A stretch of DNA of 64,000 nt from Candidatus Hydrogenedentota bacterium (lineage in GTDB: Bacteria; Hydrogenedentota; Hydrogenedentia; Hydrogenedentales; CAITNO01): contig JAKOTZ010000075.1 in assembly GCA_029776995.1 (NCBI GenBank), positions 2,225 to 66,224 on the forward strand. Reading direction: 5' to 3'. Under the pieces are notes generated by a model. The model worked only from the letters and a program-made list of their open reading frames with translations. It had not been told where the DNA came from and ran no database searches. The translations under genes were made by a program, and so were the position numbers. Each line of letters starts with the position of its first letter. Positions within the stretch are counted from its first letter, which is position 1. Below are positions 10,106 to 18,668 of this stretch, piece by piece.

Positions 10106-10472
10106 ACCGGAGTCCCTTCGATCTATCCTGAACCGGATGATCCAGACCACCGAGCTGGGAACAACGCTGGAAAAGGCGCGCATCTGGAATAACTGGCGCC
10201 GTGTCGCCGGAGAGGATCTGGCGGAATGCACAGCGCCGGCCGCGCTGGAAAATGGGCTGCTGGTGGTATTCGTCACAGACACCTCGTGGATGGACCTCTG
10301 CCTATATGAAAAGTGGGAGATGATCCGAAGAATCAACCGGGAGGCCGGACGCCTGATCGTGTCGGATATCCGGTTTGAACTGGCGCCGGATGGCGTGGAT
10401 CCCGGCGGCGCCGCCAAAAAACTGAGAAAGCGGAAACCGGCAAAAGGCAGATCCCAGCGCCGGAAAAAATAA
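10098..10472 (+). CDS. DUF721-domain protein (recF-associated)
   Basis: About 124 aa, overlapping the recF stop. DUF721 genes classically follow recF. Basic C-terminal tail. Confidence 0.5.
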   Translation: MDKPESLRSILNRMIQTTELGTTLEKARIWNNWRRVAGEDLAECTAPAALENGLLVVFVTDTSWMDLCLYEKWEMIRRINREAGRLIVSDIRFELAPDGVDPGGAAKKLRKRKPAKGRSQRRKK

Positions 10473-10534
10473 TTCGGCTGCTTTGTTATTATGAACAATG
10501 GCTGGTTTGAATGTTTTCACATGGAGGATACGGC

Positions 10535-11272
10535 ATGGCAAAAATTCGCGTGCTTGGCGTGCAGCAGACCGTGGCGCCCGGGAAAAAAGACAACCTGCCC
10601 CGCATTCTGGAACGGCTGGAGCAGGCGCAGGCTGACCTGGTCATTTTCCCTGAAATGGCCCTGACGGGACCGAACGGCCTTTTTCATGAACAGCGTACCC
10701 GGGACGCCTGGTCCCGTATCGCCACCGTGTGCCGGCAGCGCTACCTGGCAGCCGTCATTGGGACGGGCATCCGGGAAAATGGTCATGTGTACATTCAGTC
10801 ACGGGTTTACGGACCGGAAGGAAATCTCATCGGCACCTATGAAAAGCTGATTCCGACCGAGTCGGAACGCAAATGGGCCCGCCCTGGAGAGCAACTGCCG
10901 GTATTTATGTATCGCGGTGTTCCCTTCGGCTGCCTTATCGGTAACGACCTGTGGGTACGGCCGGGATGCGGGCCTTATCCGGATCCGCGACTGACGCTGC
11001 AGCTGGCCAAAAAAGGCGCCCGGCTGATTATTCATACCACCGATACCGAAACGGATCCCCGTTTCTCCGCTTTTTATGACGCCAACCTGCGGCTGCGCGC
11101 CTGGGAAGCAAACGCGTGGATCGTGACGGTGAACGCCGCAAACCTTACTGAACCGCTGAACGTGCCCAGCGGCGTGATTTCCCCGGACGGCGAATGGGCA
11201 TGCCAGGCGCCGCGCGTCGGCGAACACCTGTTTACCTGGGACCTGGAATTCCCGGATCTTGAAGAAACATGA
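10535..11272 (+). CDS. Carbon-nitrogen hydrolase family protein (nitrilase/amidase superfamily)
   Basis: Motif LVIFPEMALTG (catalytic Glu region), a C-N hydrolase fold pattern, and a GGAGGA ribosome-binding site. Confidence 0.6.
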   Translation: MAKIRVLGVQQTVAPGKKDNLPRILERLEQAQADLVIFPEMALTGPNGLFHEQRTRDAWSRIATVCRQRYLAAVIGTGIRENGHVYIQSRVYGPEGNLIGTYEKLIPTESERKWARPGEQLPVFMYRGVPFGCLIGNDLWVRPGCGPYPDPRLTLQLAKKGARLIIHTTDTETDPRFSAFYDANLRLRAWEANAWIVTVNAANLTEPLNVPSGVISPDGEWACQAPRVGEHLFTWDLEFPDLEET

Positions 11273-11282
11273 GCGGCGCGCC

Positions 11283-12245
11283 ATGACAGCTCCGGGGAAA
11301 AAATCGCATACCATCCTGGTCACTGGAGCCGCCGGGTTTGTCGCCGGATCCGTAATTACCCAAGCACCCCGGGAATGGACGCTGCACCTGATCTCCAGGC
11401 GGCAGATTCCGAGGCAACAACCCAACTGGGTTTTGCACCGGGCGGATTCCGCGGATCCGGATGCCATTGGCGCCATCATTCTTCAGACGAGTCCGGACGC
11501 CGTGATCCCCACCGCTGCCATTGCCAACATCGACTATTGCGAAACCCACCAGGATGAGGCCTTCAGGATGAATACGGAGGTCACCAGGGCTGTTGTAGAC
11601 GCGTGCGTCCGGACCGGCGCAAAGCTGGTATTCTGTTCCACGGACAATGTATTTGACGGCCGGCGCGGCTGGTACCGGGAAGGAGACGTTCCCAACCCCA
11701 TTAATTATTACGGCTTCACCAAACATGCCGCGGAAAAGATTATCGCAGCGGAACCCCATTTAAAAGCGGTAATCGCGCGCATTGCCCTGGTTATGGGCAT
11801 GCCTTTGCTGGGGTCTGCCCGCCCTTTCATGGTCCGGATGTTTGAGGACCTGGCGACCAATGGTCCCGTATGGGCGCCTCCGGGCGAAGTACGCACTCCC
11901 GTGGATGTCATATCCCTGGGGCGGGCGCTGCTGGAACTGTCAGAGCATGACTATGCCGGTATCATCCACCTGGCAGGTCCGGACCGTATAGACCGCGTTG
12001 ACCTGGTACGCGCTCTGGTTCACCGGACAGGCGGGAATCCGGACAGGGTACAGCCAATTGACGCGGAAACTATTCCAAACCGCGCGCTCCGTCCGCCGGA
12101 CCTGTCCCTGGACACTTCCCTTGCCCGTAAAATATTGCGCACGCCCCTGCCAGGCATTTCGGAAGGCTTTCATCTGGTGATGGAAGCCTGGGAACGGGTA
12201 AAAACCGGCGCGGAACCGGAGGCTTATCTGCCATGCGGATCATGA
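11283..12245 (+). CDS. RmlD-like NAD(P)-dependent sugar-nucleotide reductase/epimerase (paralog 1)
   Basis: Rossmann motif ILVTGAAGFVAG, plus STDNVFDG....Y.E.D...P.N.YG.TK..E, which is typical of the dTDP-4-dehydrorhamnose reductase substrate-binding domain. The ORF-track start at 11259 is a TTG; the ATG at 11283 is preferred. Confidence 0.55.
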   Translation: MTAPGKKSHTILVTGAAGFVAGSVITQAPREWTLHLISRRQIPRQQPNWVLHRADSADPDAIGAIILQTSPDAVIPTAAIANIDYCETHQDEAFRMNTEVTRAVVDACVRTGAKLVFCSTDNVFDGRRGWYREGDVPNPINYYGFTKHAAEKIIAAEPHLKAVIARIALVMGMPLLGSARPFMVRMFEDLATNGPVWAPPGEVRTPVDVISLGRALLELSEHDYAGIIHLAGPDRIDRVDLVRALVHRTGGNPDRVQPIDAETIPNRALRPPDLSLDTSLARKILRTPLPGISEGFHLVMEAWERVKTGAEPEAYLPCGS

Positions 12246-13165
12246 TTATCGGCTCATCAGGACAGCTGGGATCGGAACTTCTTCATCGGTTTTCCGATGC
12301 CGAGGTTATTCCAGTGGACCGGACGGAAGCAGCTGTCACGCTGGACATCCGGGATTCTGCCCGGACGGCTGAAGTGCTGGACAGCGAAAAACCGGATATG
12401 GTGATCAACACGGCGGCCTTTCACAACCTGCTTGCCTGCGAACAGCAGCCCGCCGAAGCTTTTGCCGTAAACGCGACCGCCACGGGAAACCTTGCAAAAC
12501 TGTGCGCGAAACGGGGCATCCGGCTTGTCCATTTCAGCACCAATTACGTCTTCGGCGGAACCGTGTTCCATGATACAACCCGGGATGCCGCGCCGGACGG
12601 CCCGGTACCGCCGCGCCCCTATCGGGAAGATGATCCGCCATCGCCGATCAACGTCCTGGGCGCCTCCAAGCTGGCGGGAGAATATCTCATTCAGGCCTAT
12701 CATCCGGAGGTTCAGATCATCCGGACGGCTGCCCTATACGGGGTGGCCGCCTGCCAGTCCAGGGGTGGCGATCGAAACTTCGTGGAAAACATCCTCCATC
12801 TGGCCAAAACCAAGCGTCCCATGCGGCTGATTCAGGATATCGTCACGACGCCTACCCATGCCGCGGACCTGGCGGTCCAGGTACGGAAAATTGTCGATCT
12901 CGGCGGACCCGGCGTCTACCATGCGACCTGCGAGGGATGGTGTACCTGGTACGAATTCGGGTGTGCCGTGCTTGAGGAATGCGGCATTTCGCCCGCTTCC
13001 AGGCCGGAGGCGGTATCCGCCCGCCAGTTTCAGACGCCCGTAAGGCGGCCGGGTTACTCGGTCCTCGAAAACAGCCGGGTTAAATCACTCGGCATCGCGG
13101 ACATGCCCTCCTGGCGCGAATCCCTTCGCCGCTACCTGCGGCTGGCCGGGCACCTGGTCGGATAA
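12233..13165 (+). CDS. RmlD-like NAD(P)-dependent sugar-nucleotide reductase (paralog 2)
   Basis: MRIMIIGSSGQLG Rossmann motif and STNYVFGG...YREDDPPSPINVLGASKLAGE, which is the RmlD pattern. Overlaps the previous gene's stop. Confidence 0.6.
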   Translation: MRIMIIGSSGQLGSELLHRFSDAEVIPVDRTEAAVTLDIRDSARTAEVLDSEKPDMVINTAAFHNLLACEQQPAEAFAVNATATGNLAKLCAKRGIRLVHFSTNYVFGGTVFHDTTRDAAPDGPVPPRPYREDDPPSPINVLGASKLAGEYLIQAYHPEVQIIRTAALYGVAACQSRGGDRNFVENILHLAKTKRPMRLIQDIVTTPTHAADLAVQVRKIVDLGGPGVYHATCEGWCTWYEFGCAVLEECGISPASRPEAVSARQFQTPVRRPGYSVLENSRVKSLGIADMPSWRESLRRYLRLAGHLVG

Positions 13166-13167
13166 AT

Positions 13168-14619
13168 TCAGGCCTTGCCGCGCTCTTCAGCCGACACCGG
13201 CCGCGCTGCCTGTGAACCGTGCGTGCCTAATGAATCCGTTTCGAAAACCAGTTCGCTCCAGTGCGGCAGCCGGAACAGGTAAACGGTCAGCAGCAGTCGG
13301 CACACCTGGGCAGCCAGGATCATGTCCCACAACCGAAAGGTATTCAACAGCCCCGCTTCATACAACAGATGGCTGCCCCCAATCAGTACCAGAATTTGAC
13401 TGACAAAAGCGATCATCATCGGGCGGCGGGTTTCGCCCGCGCCCTGGATCCCGCCGGTCAGGGCCAGGGTAACCGCCAGGGCCATCCCGGCCGGCCCAAG
13501 CCGATACAGCAGGGCTTCGCCCAGCTCCAGGGTCTGGGGATCCTGCACGCCAAACAGCCCCAGCAGCGGCCTGGCAGCCGCCCAGAATACCAACGCAATC
13601 CCGCCTGACCAGCAAAAGCCCAGCAGCGCGGCAGTCCGAACGGCCTGTCTTCCCCGGGCAGACTGCCCCGCGCCAATATTTTGGCCCATGACCGCGCCGG
13701 CAGCCGACCGAAGACCCAATGCCACCCAGGTCACCAGCGAAAACAGCTGCGCGTAACAAATGGCGTACGCCGCCAGCGCCGCCCCGCCCTGGCCGGCCCG
13801 CGCAATGTATGCCATCAGAGCAACGCCGCCCAGGTTGAGCAGCACGCCCTGAATCCCCGACGGCACGCCAATCGCGGCAATGAGGGACAGCATTTTTCCG
13901 CGGATCCGCCAGCCCCGCGCCGGAGGCGGTATGATCGCGCGCCCCCGCAGAATGAGCGCCAGCGCCGCCGCGCAGGACACGGCCGGCGCGATCACGGTGC
14001 CCAGCGCCGCGCCCACGGTACCCATGGGGGTTAAAATACCCCAGCCAGGGATCAGCAACGCGCTGACCAGCACATTCAGCGCGGTGTTCAGCAACGCCAG
14101 AAAAAGCGGCGTCTTTGGGGCGCCGCACGCATTGAAAGCGCCGGTAAACAGATACATCAGAAAAACCGGCGTTCCCAGGGCAAAAAGTATCCGGAGATAC
14201 GGAAGCGCATGCGCCCGCACGCCGGCGTCATCGGTCAGCCAGGCAATCAGCGCCGGCGCGCTCAGCCACCCCAGAGGAGCCACCACGCACAAAAGAAATA
14301 CCACGGAACCGGCCAGCGCCGTGAAAAATATTTCGCTGACCTCGCGCGCGTTCCGGCGCCCGGCCGCGCGGGCAATCAGGACATTGGCCCCATGAAAAAG
14401 GGACGCCACAAAAACGCTTACCACCATGAAGATCTGCCAGGCGACGCCTATCCCCGCGTTGCCGGCGTTGGCCGGATCCCGAACCCACCAGCCGACCAAC
14501 AGGTGGTCCACCAGGCCGTGAATGCCGTTTACGGCGTAAAGCAGCGCCAGGGGCCAGGCCAGCTTCCACACGGAGCGGAAAACGCTTCCCCGCGTTATGT
14601 CCGGATCAAAAGGTTTCAT
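13168..14619 (-). CDS. MATE family efflux transporter
   Basis: 12-TM protein. The N-terminal motif WKLAWPLALLYAVNGIHGLVDHLLVGW is typical of MATE/NorM transporters. Start placed at internal MKPFDP (ATG revcomp at 14617-14619). Confidence 0.7.
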   Translation of the reverse strand: MKPFDPDITRGSVFRSVWKLAWPLALLYAVNGIHGLVDHLLVGWWVRDPANAGNAGIGVAWQIFMVVSVFVASLFHGANVLIARAAGRRNAREVSEIFFTALAGSVVFLLCVVAPLGWLSAPALIAWLTDDAGVRAHALPYLRILFALGTPVFLMYLFTGAFNACGAPKTPLFLALLNTALNVLVSALLIPGWGILTPMGTVGAALGTVIAPAVSCAAALALILRGRAIIPPPARGWRIRGKMLSLIAAIGVPSGIQGVLLNLGGVALMAYIARAGQGGAALAAYAICYAQLFSLVTWVALGLRSAAGAVMGQNIGAGQSARGRQAVRTAALLGFCWSGGIALVFWAAARPLLGLFGVQDPQTLELGEALLYRLGPAGMALAVTLALTGGIQGAGETRRPMMIAFVSQILVLIGGSHLLYEAGLLNTFRLWDMILAAQVCRLLLTVYLFRLPHWSELVFETDSLGTHGSQAARPVSAEERGKA

Positions 14620-14665
14620 GTGGGAGCAGATCCAATGTAACTGGATAACCCGAAAGCGGAATTTA

Positions 14666-17308
14666 TCATTTCCGGAGCGGCAGGGGACCGCCGTCCCAGG
14701 CGCGGACAACCCCATCAGAAAATGCCGCAATGAGGGCCAGCCTTCCCTTTTGGGCAGGCCGCGCGATTACCCACTGCGGCGCGCCCCATGCCCGGCTGTC
14801 CTGCCACAGCAGGCGGCTCGTTTCATCGAACGCGTACAGCGTTCCGTCATCCTTTCCCGCAAGCAACACCCCGGCTTCCGTATTCATCCACAGCCGTGCC
14901 AGGCCGGGCCGCGCTGCAATACGTCGGGGAGGTTTACCGGGTTCCATGATCTGTATTCCTTCGCCGTCTGTCGCGACAACCCGCCCGGATGCCAAAACCG
15001 GATTCCCATTCTCGCCGGCGCTCTCCGGAAGCGAAAGCAACCCTGTCAGCGGTGGCGTCAGCCGCGCGTACCCCGGTCGCGTATTGCCCCGTTCATCCAG
15101 AAAAAACCAGCTTCCGTCGGCAAAGCCCACCGTCCAGCCGTCTCTGCCGGCCGCCTGGATTGCCGTCGCGGGACCGGGCAGAGGGACTCTATACCGTATG
15201 GTACCCTCCCGATCCAGATTCACGGCCTCACCGCGCGTTCCAGAAAGGCCGGAGAGCAAAAAAGACAACCGCCCGTCACCGGCGCATATCCGAATCACAG
15301 ACATGTCGAGGCCGCGTGCCCATATCTGCTCCAATCCCCGGATGCCGTAACACATGCCAAGATCCGTGACCGCCAGCAGCGTTCCGTCCTCAAATGCCCC
15401 CAGGTGTTTCACCGGCGTTCCGTCCAGCATAATTTTTCCGCGGCCATTTCCGGTCCGGGCGTCCCGGAAAATGATATGGCCGTCATGGTGTCCCAGCGCT
15501 ACGGTTTCTTTGCCGCCACTGGAAACTTCCACGGGGCCGCAGCTCCAGGGACCGGGTTCCAGGTCGCGCCAGATCACATGGCCGTCCGCGTCGAAACAGA
15601 TCAGCCCGGTACGGCGGGATGCCGCGATTATCCGCATCGTGTCCAATGAATTCCCATCCAGCAGTACCAGACCTTCCATACAGGCTCCATCCAGCGGAAG
15701 CGCCCAAAGCATCTTCGGAAAGACCGGTACTGCAACGGTACGGGTCACGGGAGGCAAACCCGCCTCCTGAATCAGCAGCTGCGCGGAAAACAGTTCTCCG
15801 GGCCGGGCAATTCCCTGAAGGGTACGCCGCAACGTAACGGTCTCTCCGGGGGACGCGCGGAATGGTATGGATGCGCTCCCCAGGGACCACCGCGGGGCAG
15901 GTATCACCGCCAGTTCCCCCTGTCGCGTCAGCCCGGTACGGTTGGTCCACGACACCATAAAATTTACCCTGCGGGGCCCCGTCTCCAGCGGCGGATCCAC
16001 GGCCCATGACCATCCCGCACGAATGATATCCGCCTGTCCCGGCAAACCGCTGACCAAAAGCGGACCCTCACGAGGCGGGATACGCATCACGCCATCCCGG
16101 GACAGGTGATAGCGCTTTACGCCATCTGCGAGCGAAACGGAAGCGCAGATTCCATACCGGCTGGATATTTCGACAGGCGCGGGAAGTCCCTCCGGAAACA
16201 GCAGGGACATCCGACCGTCCCGTTCAAAAACCTGAACCGTCTGTCCCGGCGCGCGGGGATCATCCTGCAATGCGCCGAGCCGGATCATGCCGCGCAGAGG
16301 AGATACCAGCCGAAGCTCAGGGTCTACCTGCTGTTGGTTTGCTTCCCTGGCCAAACCCAAAATCACCCATCGGTCTGACAGGGCCACTGCCGCGTCCCGC
16401 GCCACCCGGAAACTGCCGGACGCGGTTTCCGCGCCTGCCTGGGATGCCATACGGTAGTACGCGTCCATCTTCAGCAGCGCAGACACTCCCCCGAGGCGTT
16501 CCCAGCGTTCCCGGTTCTCCAGGGAAAAAGATGCGGCCACCATACGTTCCACGCCGCCCGTAGCGGCCGCGACGGATGCGTACCCGGCGGCCGGGGCATC
16601 CACCGCGGTTACAAGGGTCACGCGGGGACTGTCCGCCACACCGGCCCCTTCAAAAAGACCTTCCAGAAAATTGAGCCAGCGGGGACCCGGAGCGCCTTCC
16701 GGACCGCCCCACACCAGCACATCGGCATCCGGAAACCGGCGGGCAATCGCGGCATACAGGCGGCGTCCAATCTTTTCCAGTTCCTCCCCCGTGATCGGAT
16801 GATCCGGATCAAAAAGCGACGCTGTAACCGGCAGGTCAAGCCATAAGCCGCTGGCCCCGCACCACCGGGCGGTGCGGGCCAGGTCTTCCGTACGGTTAAT
16901 AAAAGCATCCAGCGCGCGTCGGTCAACAGCATCCTCGCGAAGCGGCTCGGCGCGCAGAAAAACATGCCTGAGCCCCATGGAGGCCAAGTGCTCGCGGATT
17001 TCCCGGAGCGCGGTCCGGCTGCCCGGTGCCTGGGGAAACGGTTGGCCCGCCACACAGATAACTCCGCGGGATCCCCGGGCCACCAGAGCGGGCGCCATAT
17101 CCAGGAGATCCGCCGCGGACCGGTCGCTGAAAACGATCGGCACGGCCACGGGCTGCCCAATCTTCTCGCGAAGCTGCCACGATCCGCTCCGCTCAGGTTC
17201 CCCGTGAACAATCCCCACCCACAGTAGCATGAGCGGCATCCAGGCGCCAAACGCCCGGAAACACCGGCGCCTTAATGGCAATACGCTGCGGAAAGGTAAA
17301 TGATTCAT
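14666..17308 (-). CDS. Large secreted protein: N-terminal glycosyl-hydrolase-like (TIM-barrel-like) region plus C-terminal PQQ/BamB-like beta-propeller repeats
   Basis: Signal peptide present. The C-terminal half has repeated beta-propeller blade motifs (DG..Y..D..G...W). The N-terminal half has a weak GH-like pattern. Function unknown. Confidence 0.35.
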   Translation of the reverse strand: MNHLPFRSVLPLRRRCFRAFGAWMPLMLLWVGIVHGEPERSGSWQLREKIGQPVAVPIVFSDRSAADLLDMAPALVARGSRGVICVAGQPFPQAPGSRTALREIREHLASMGLRHVFLRAEPLREDAVDRRALDAFINRTEDLARTARWCGASGLWLDLPVTASLFDPDHPITGEELEKIGRRLYAAIARRFPDADVLVWGGPEGAPGPRWLNFLEGLFEGAGVADSPRVTLVTAVDAPAAGYASVAAATGGVERMVAASFSLENRERWERLGGVSALLKMDAYYRMASQAGAETASGSFRVARDAAVALSDRWVILGLAREANQQQVDPELRLVSPLRGMIRLGALQDDPRAPGQTVQVFERDGRMSLLFPEGLPAPVEISSRYGICASVSLADGVKRYHLSRDGVMRIPPREGPLLVSGLPGQADIIRAGWSWAVDPPLETGPRRVNFMVSWTNRTGLTRQGELAVIPAPRWSLGSASIPFRASPGETVTLRRTLQGIARPGELFSAQLLIQEAGLPPVTRTVAVPVFPKMLWALPLDGACMEGLVLLDGNSLDTMRIIAASRRTGLICFDADGHVIWRDLEPGPWSCGPVEVSSGGKETVALGHHDGHIIFRDARTGNGRGKIMLDGTPVKHLGAFEDGTLLAVTDLGMCYGIRGLEQIWARGLDMSVIRICAGDGRLSFLLSGLSGTRGEAVNLDREGTIRYRVPLPGPATAIQAAGRDGWTVGFADGSWFFLDERGNTRPGYARLTPPLTGLLSLPESAGENGNPVLASGRVVATDGEGIQIMEPGKPPRRIAARPGLARLWMNTEAGVLLAGKDDGTLYAFDETSRLLWQDSRAWGAPQWVIARPAQKGRLALIAAFSDGVVRAWDGGPLPLRK

Positions 17309-17437
17309 ATTTTTTATTGTAAGGGTAACCGAGGAAAAATCGCATCCGGAACCCGGCGGGCGCCCTGAATAAAGACTATATAACGCAAAAAAATTGCCTG
17401 GCCCGGCGACGGGCGTCGCTCGGACCAGGCTCGGTCA

Positions 17438-17463
17438 AGGGGAGGGGGAGGGGGAGGGGGAGG
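17438..17463. repeat. (GGGGGA)4 tandem hexamer; canonical G-quadruplex motif on the + strand, C-rich tract in the 3' UTR of the minus-strand gene
   Basis: AGGGGAGGGGGAGGGGGAGGGGGAGG was read directly from the sequence, immediately abutting the stop codon (17464-17466) of the 94-aa gene. Confidence 0.9.
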
Positions 17464-17748
17464 TCAACTTTTCATGGCGCGCTGAAACCAGTCGCCAATA
17501 TTATCTTCCGTTTGGTTCATGATCATCAGCCGAAGCCGTTCAGCGGGATCTTCCGTCGTCAGTTCCGGCTTGACCATCATCTCCGTAAACATCTGACGTA
17601 CCCGGTCTATTCCACAATTTTCAATCGCCCAGTGGGTTACCCACAGCAGTTTGTAAAAATCTATCTTCTCCCGGCCGCTTTGTTCCCACGTATCCGCGAA
17701 TTCTCGGGCAAGATCGAATGCCTGCTGTCTGTAATCCATTTCGTTCAT
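17464..17748 (-). CDS. Hypothetical small acidic protein (94 aa)
   Basis: ORF with a plausible context downstream of the E1-like gene. No recognizable motif. Confidence 0.4.
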   Translation of the reverse strand: MNEMDYRQQAFDLAREFADTWEQSGREKIDFYKLLWVTHWAIENCGIDRVRQMFTEMMVKPELTTEDPAERLRLMIMNQTEDNIGDWFQRAMKS

Positions 17749-17831
17749 GTGTCAGTCCAGGCTTGTCTTACTCATGCCTGAACTGATAACCATTGTATTT
17801 AGGGGTTTATTCCGGCTCTTTCGGTAAATTT

Positions 17832-18638
17832 CTATTCCTGCCGGCGCAGAATCAGCTGCAGCACCGCATTGGCCTGGTGGTGGGCCGCCACGCCCACCCT
17901 TGGAGCCATCAGCCCCACCCCCTGGCGGGCTTCCGCTGTTCCATCTCCCACAATGATCATCGGACCAAAGGGCCTGGACCGGATCAGGTTGGCGTCATCA
18001 AAGCCTGCCAGGCCGGACGCGCATACCAAAGGACGTCCGGGAAACCGGCTCAGCCAGGTATCCGCCAGCATGGCCTTCTGGTCCGGCCGGTCAAACGCTT
18101 CCACGAGAATATCCGCGTCCGCGAAAATCTCCGGAATATTCCCGGGGGTAAGCAGGACCTGATGGGTGTACAGCCTCACTCCTGGGTTGATCCTGGACAG
18201 GGTGTCGCTTAACGCCTTCGTTTTAGGCAGTCCGATCTGGTCCAGAAAATACTGCTGCCGGTTAAGGTTGCTGGGCTCCACCACGTCGAAATCGGCCAGA
18301 ATCAGCGCGCCGATGCCGATTCGGGCCAGCGCGACCGCCACGGATGAGCCCAGTCCGCCCAGTCCGGCAATGCCCACGGTAGCCCTGCGTACTTTTTCAT
18401 GCACCCCCGGGGTATGGCGGGCCATCATGAGATATTCCAGCTCTTCGGGAGGAGGAATCTCACCCCGGCGAATCAGGCACACGGATTGCCCATTGCTGAC
18501 CGGGGTTTCCGGATTGGCCGGAAAGCCGTCCACAATGATCAGATCCGCGTCCGGTTTGAACCGGTCCCGGACCGCGCCGGCGGGAACGGGTGCCTCGCCG
18601 GGCAACTCCTGCACGCGTTCATTGACTACAATCTTCAT
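17832..18638 (-). CDS. ThiF/MoeB/HesA-family E1-like adenylyltransferase with an N-terminal ThiS/MoaD-like beta-grasp domain
   Basis: The nucleotide-binding loop GIAGLGGLGSSVAVALARIGIG..LILADFDVVEPSNLNRQ is the hallmark of the E1-like family. The first ~65 aa (MKIVVNE...LIIVDG...NGQSVCLIRRGE) resemble ThiS. There is no C-terminal rhodanese or zinc-finger domain. Confidence 0.65.
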   Translation of the reverse strand: MKIVVNERVQELPGEAPVPAGAVRDRFKPDADLIIVDGFPANPETPVSNGQSVCLIRRGEIPPPEELEYLMMARHTPGVHEKVRRATVGIAGLGGLGSSVAVALARIGIGALILADFDVVEPSNLNRQQYFLDQIGLPKTKALSDTLSRINPGVRLYTHQVLLTPGNIPEIFADADILVEAFDRPDQKAMLADTWLSRFPGRPLVCASGLAGFDDANLIRSRPFGPMIIVGDGTAEARQGVGLMAPRVGVAAHHQANAVLQLILRRQE

Positions 18639-18668
18639 GGGGCCGTCCTGATGGTTGGCGGGAAGATA

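Noticed and set aside
9674-10498. 274-aa minus-strand ORF
   Set aside because: It is antisense to recF and the DUF721 gene, and has no recognisable domain.
13358-14128. 256-aa ORF in an alternative frame of the MATE gene, and the + strand ORFs 13681-14395
   Set aside because: They overlap a transporter gene with clear TM periodicity. Their Arg/Gly/Pro-rich composition is typical of spurious ORFs.
17832-18638. Simple annotation of the E1-like gene as thiamine-biosynthesis thiF
   Set aside because: No thiS, thiG, thiH, thiE or thiC genes, or a TPP riboswitch, are nearby. The fused beta-grasp domain lacks a free GG C-terminus. I keep the generic E1-like call instead.
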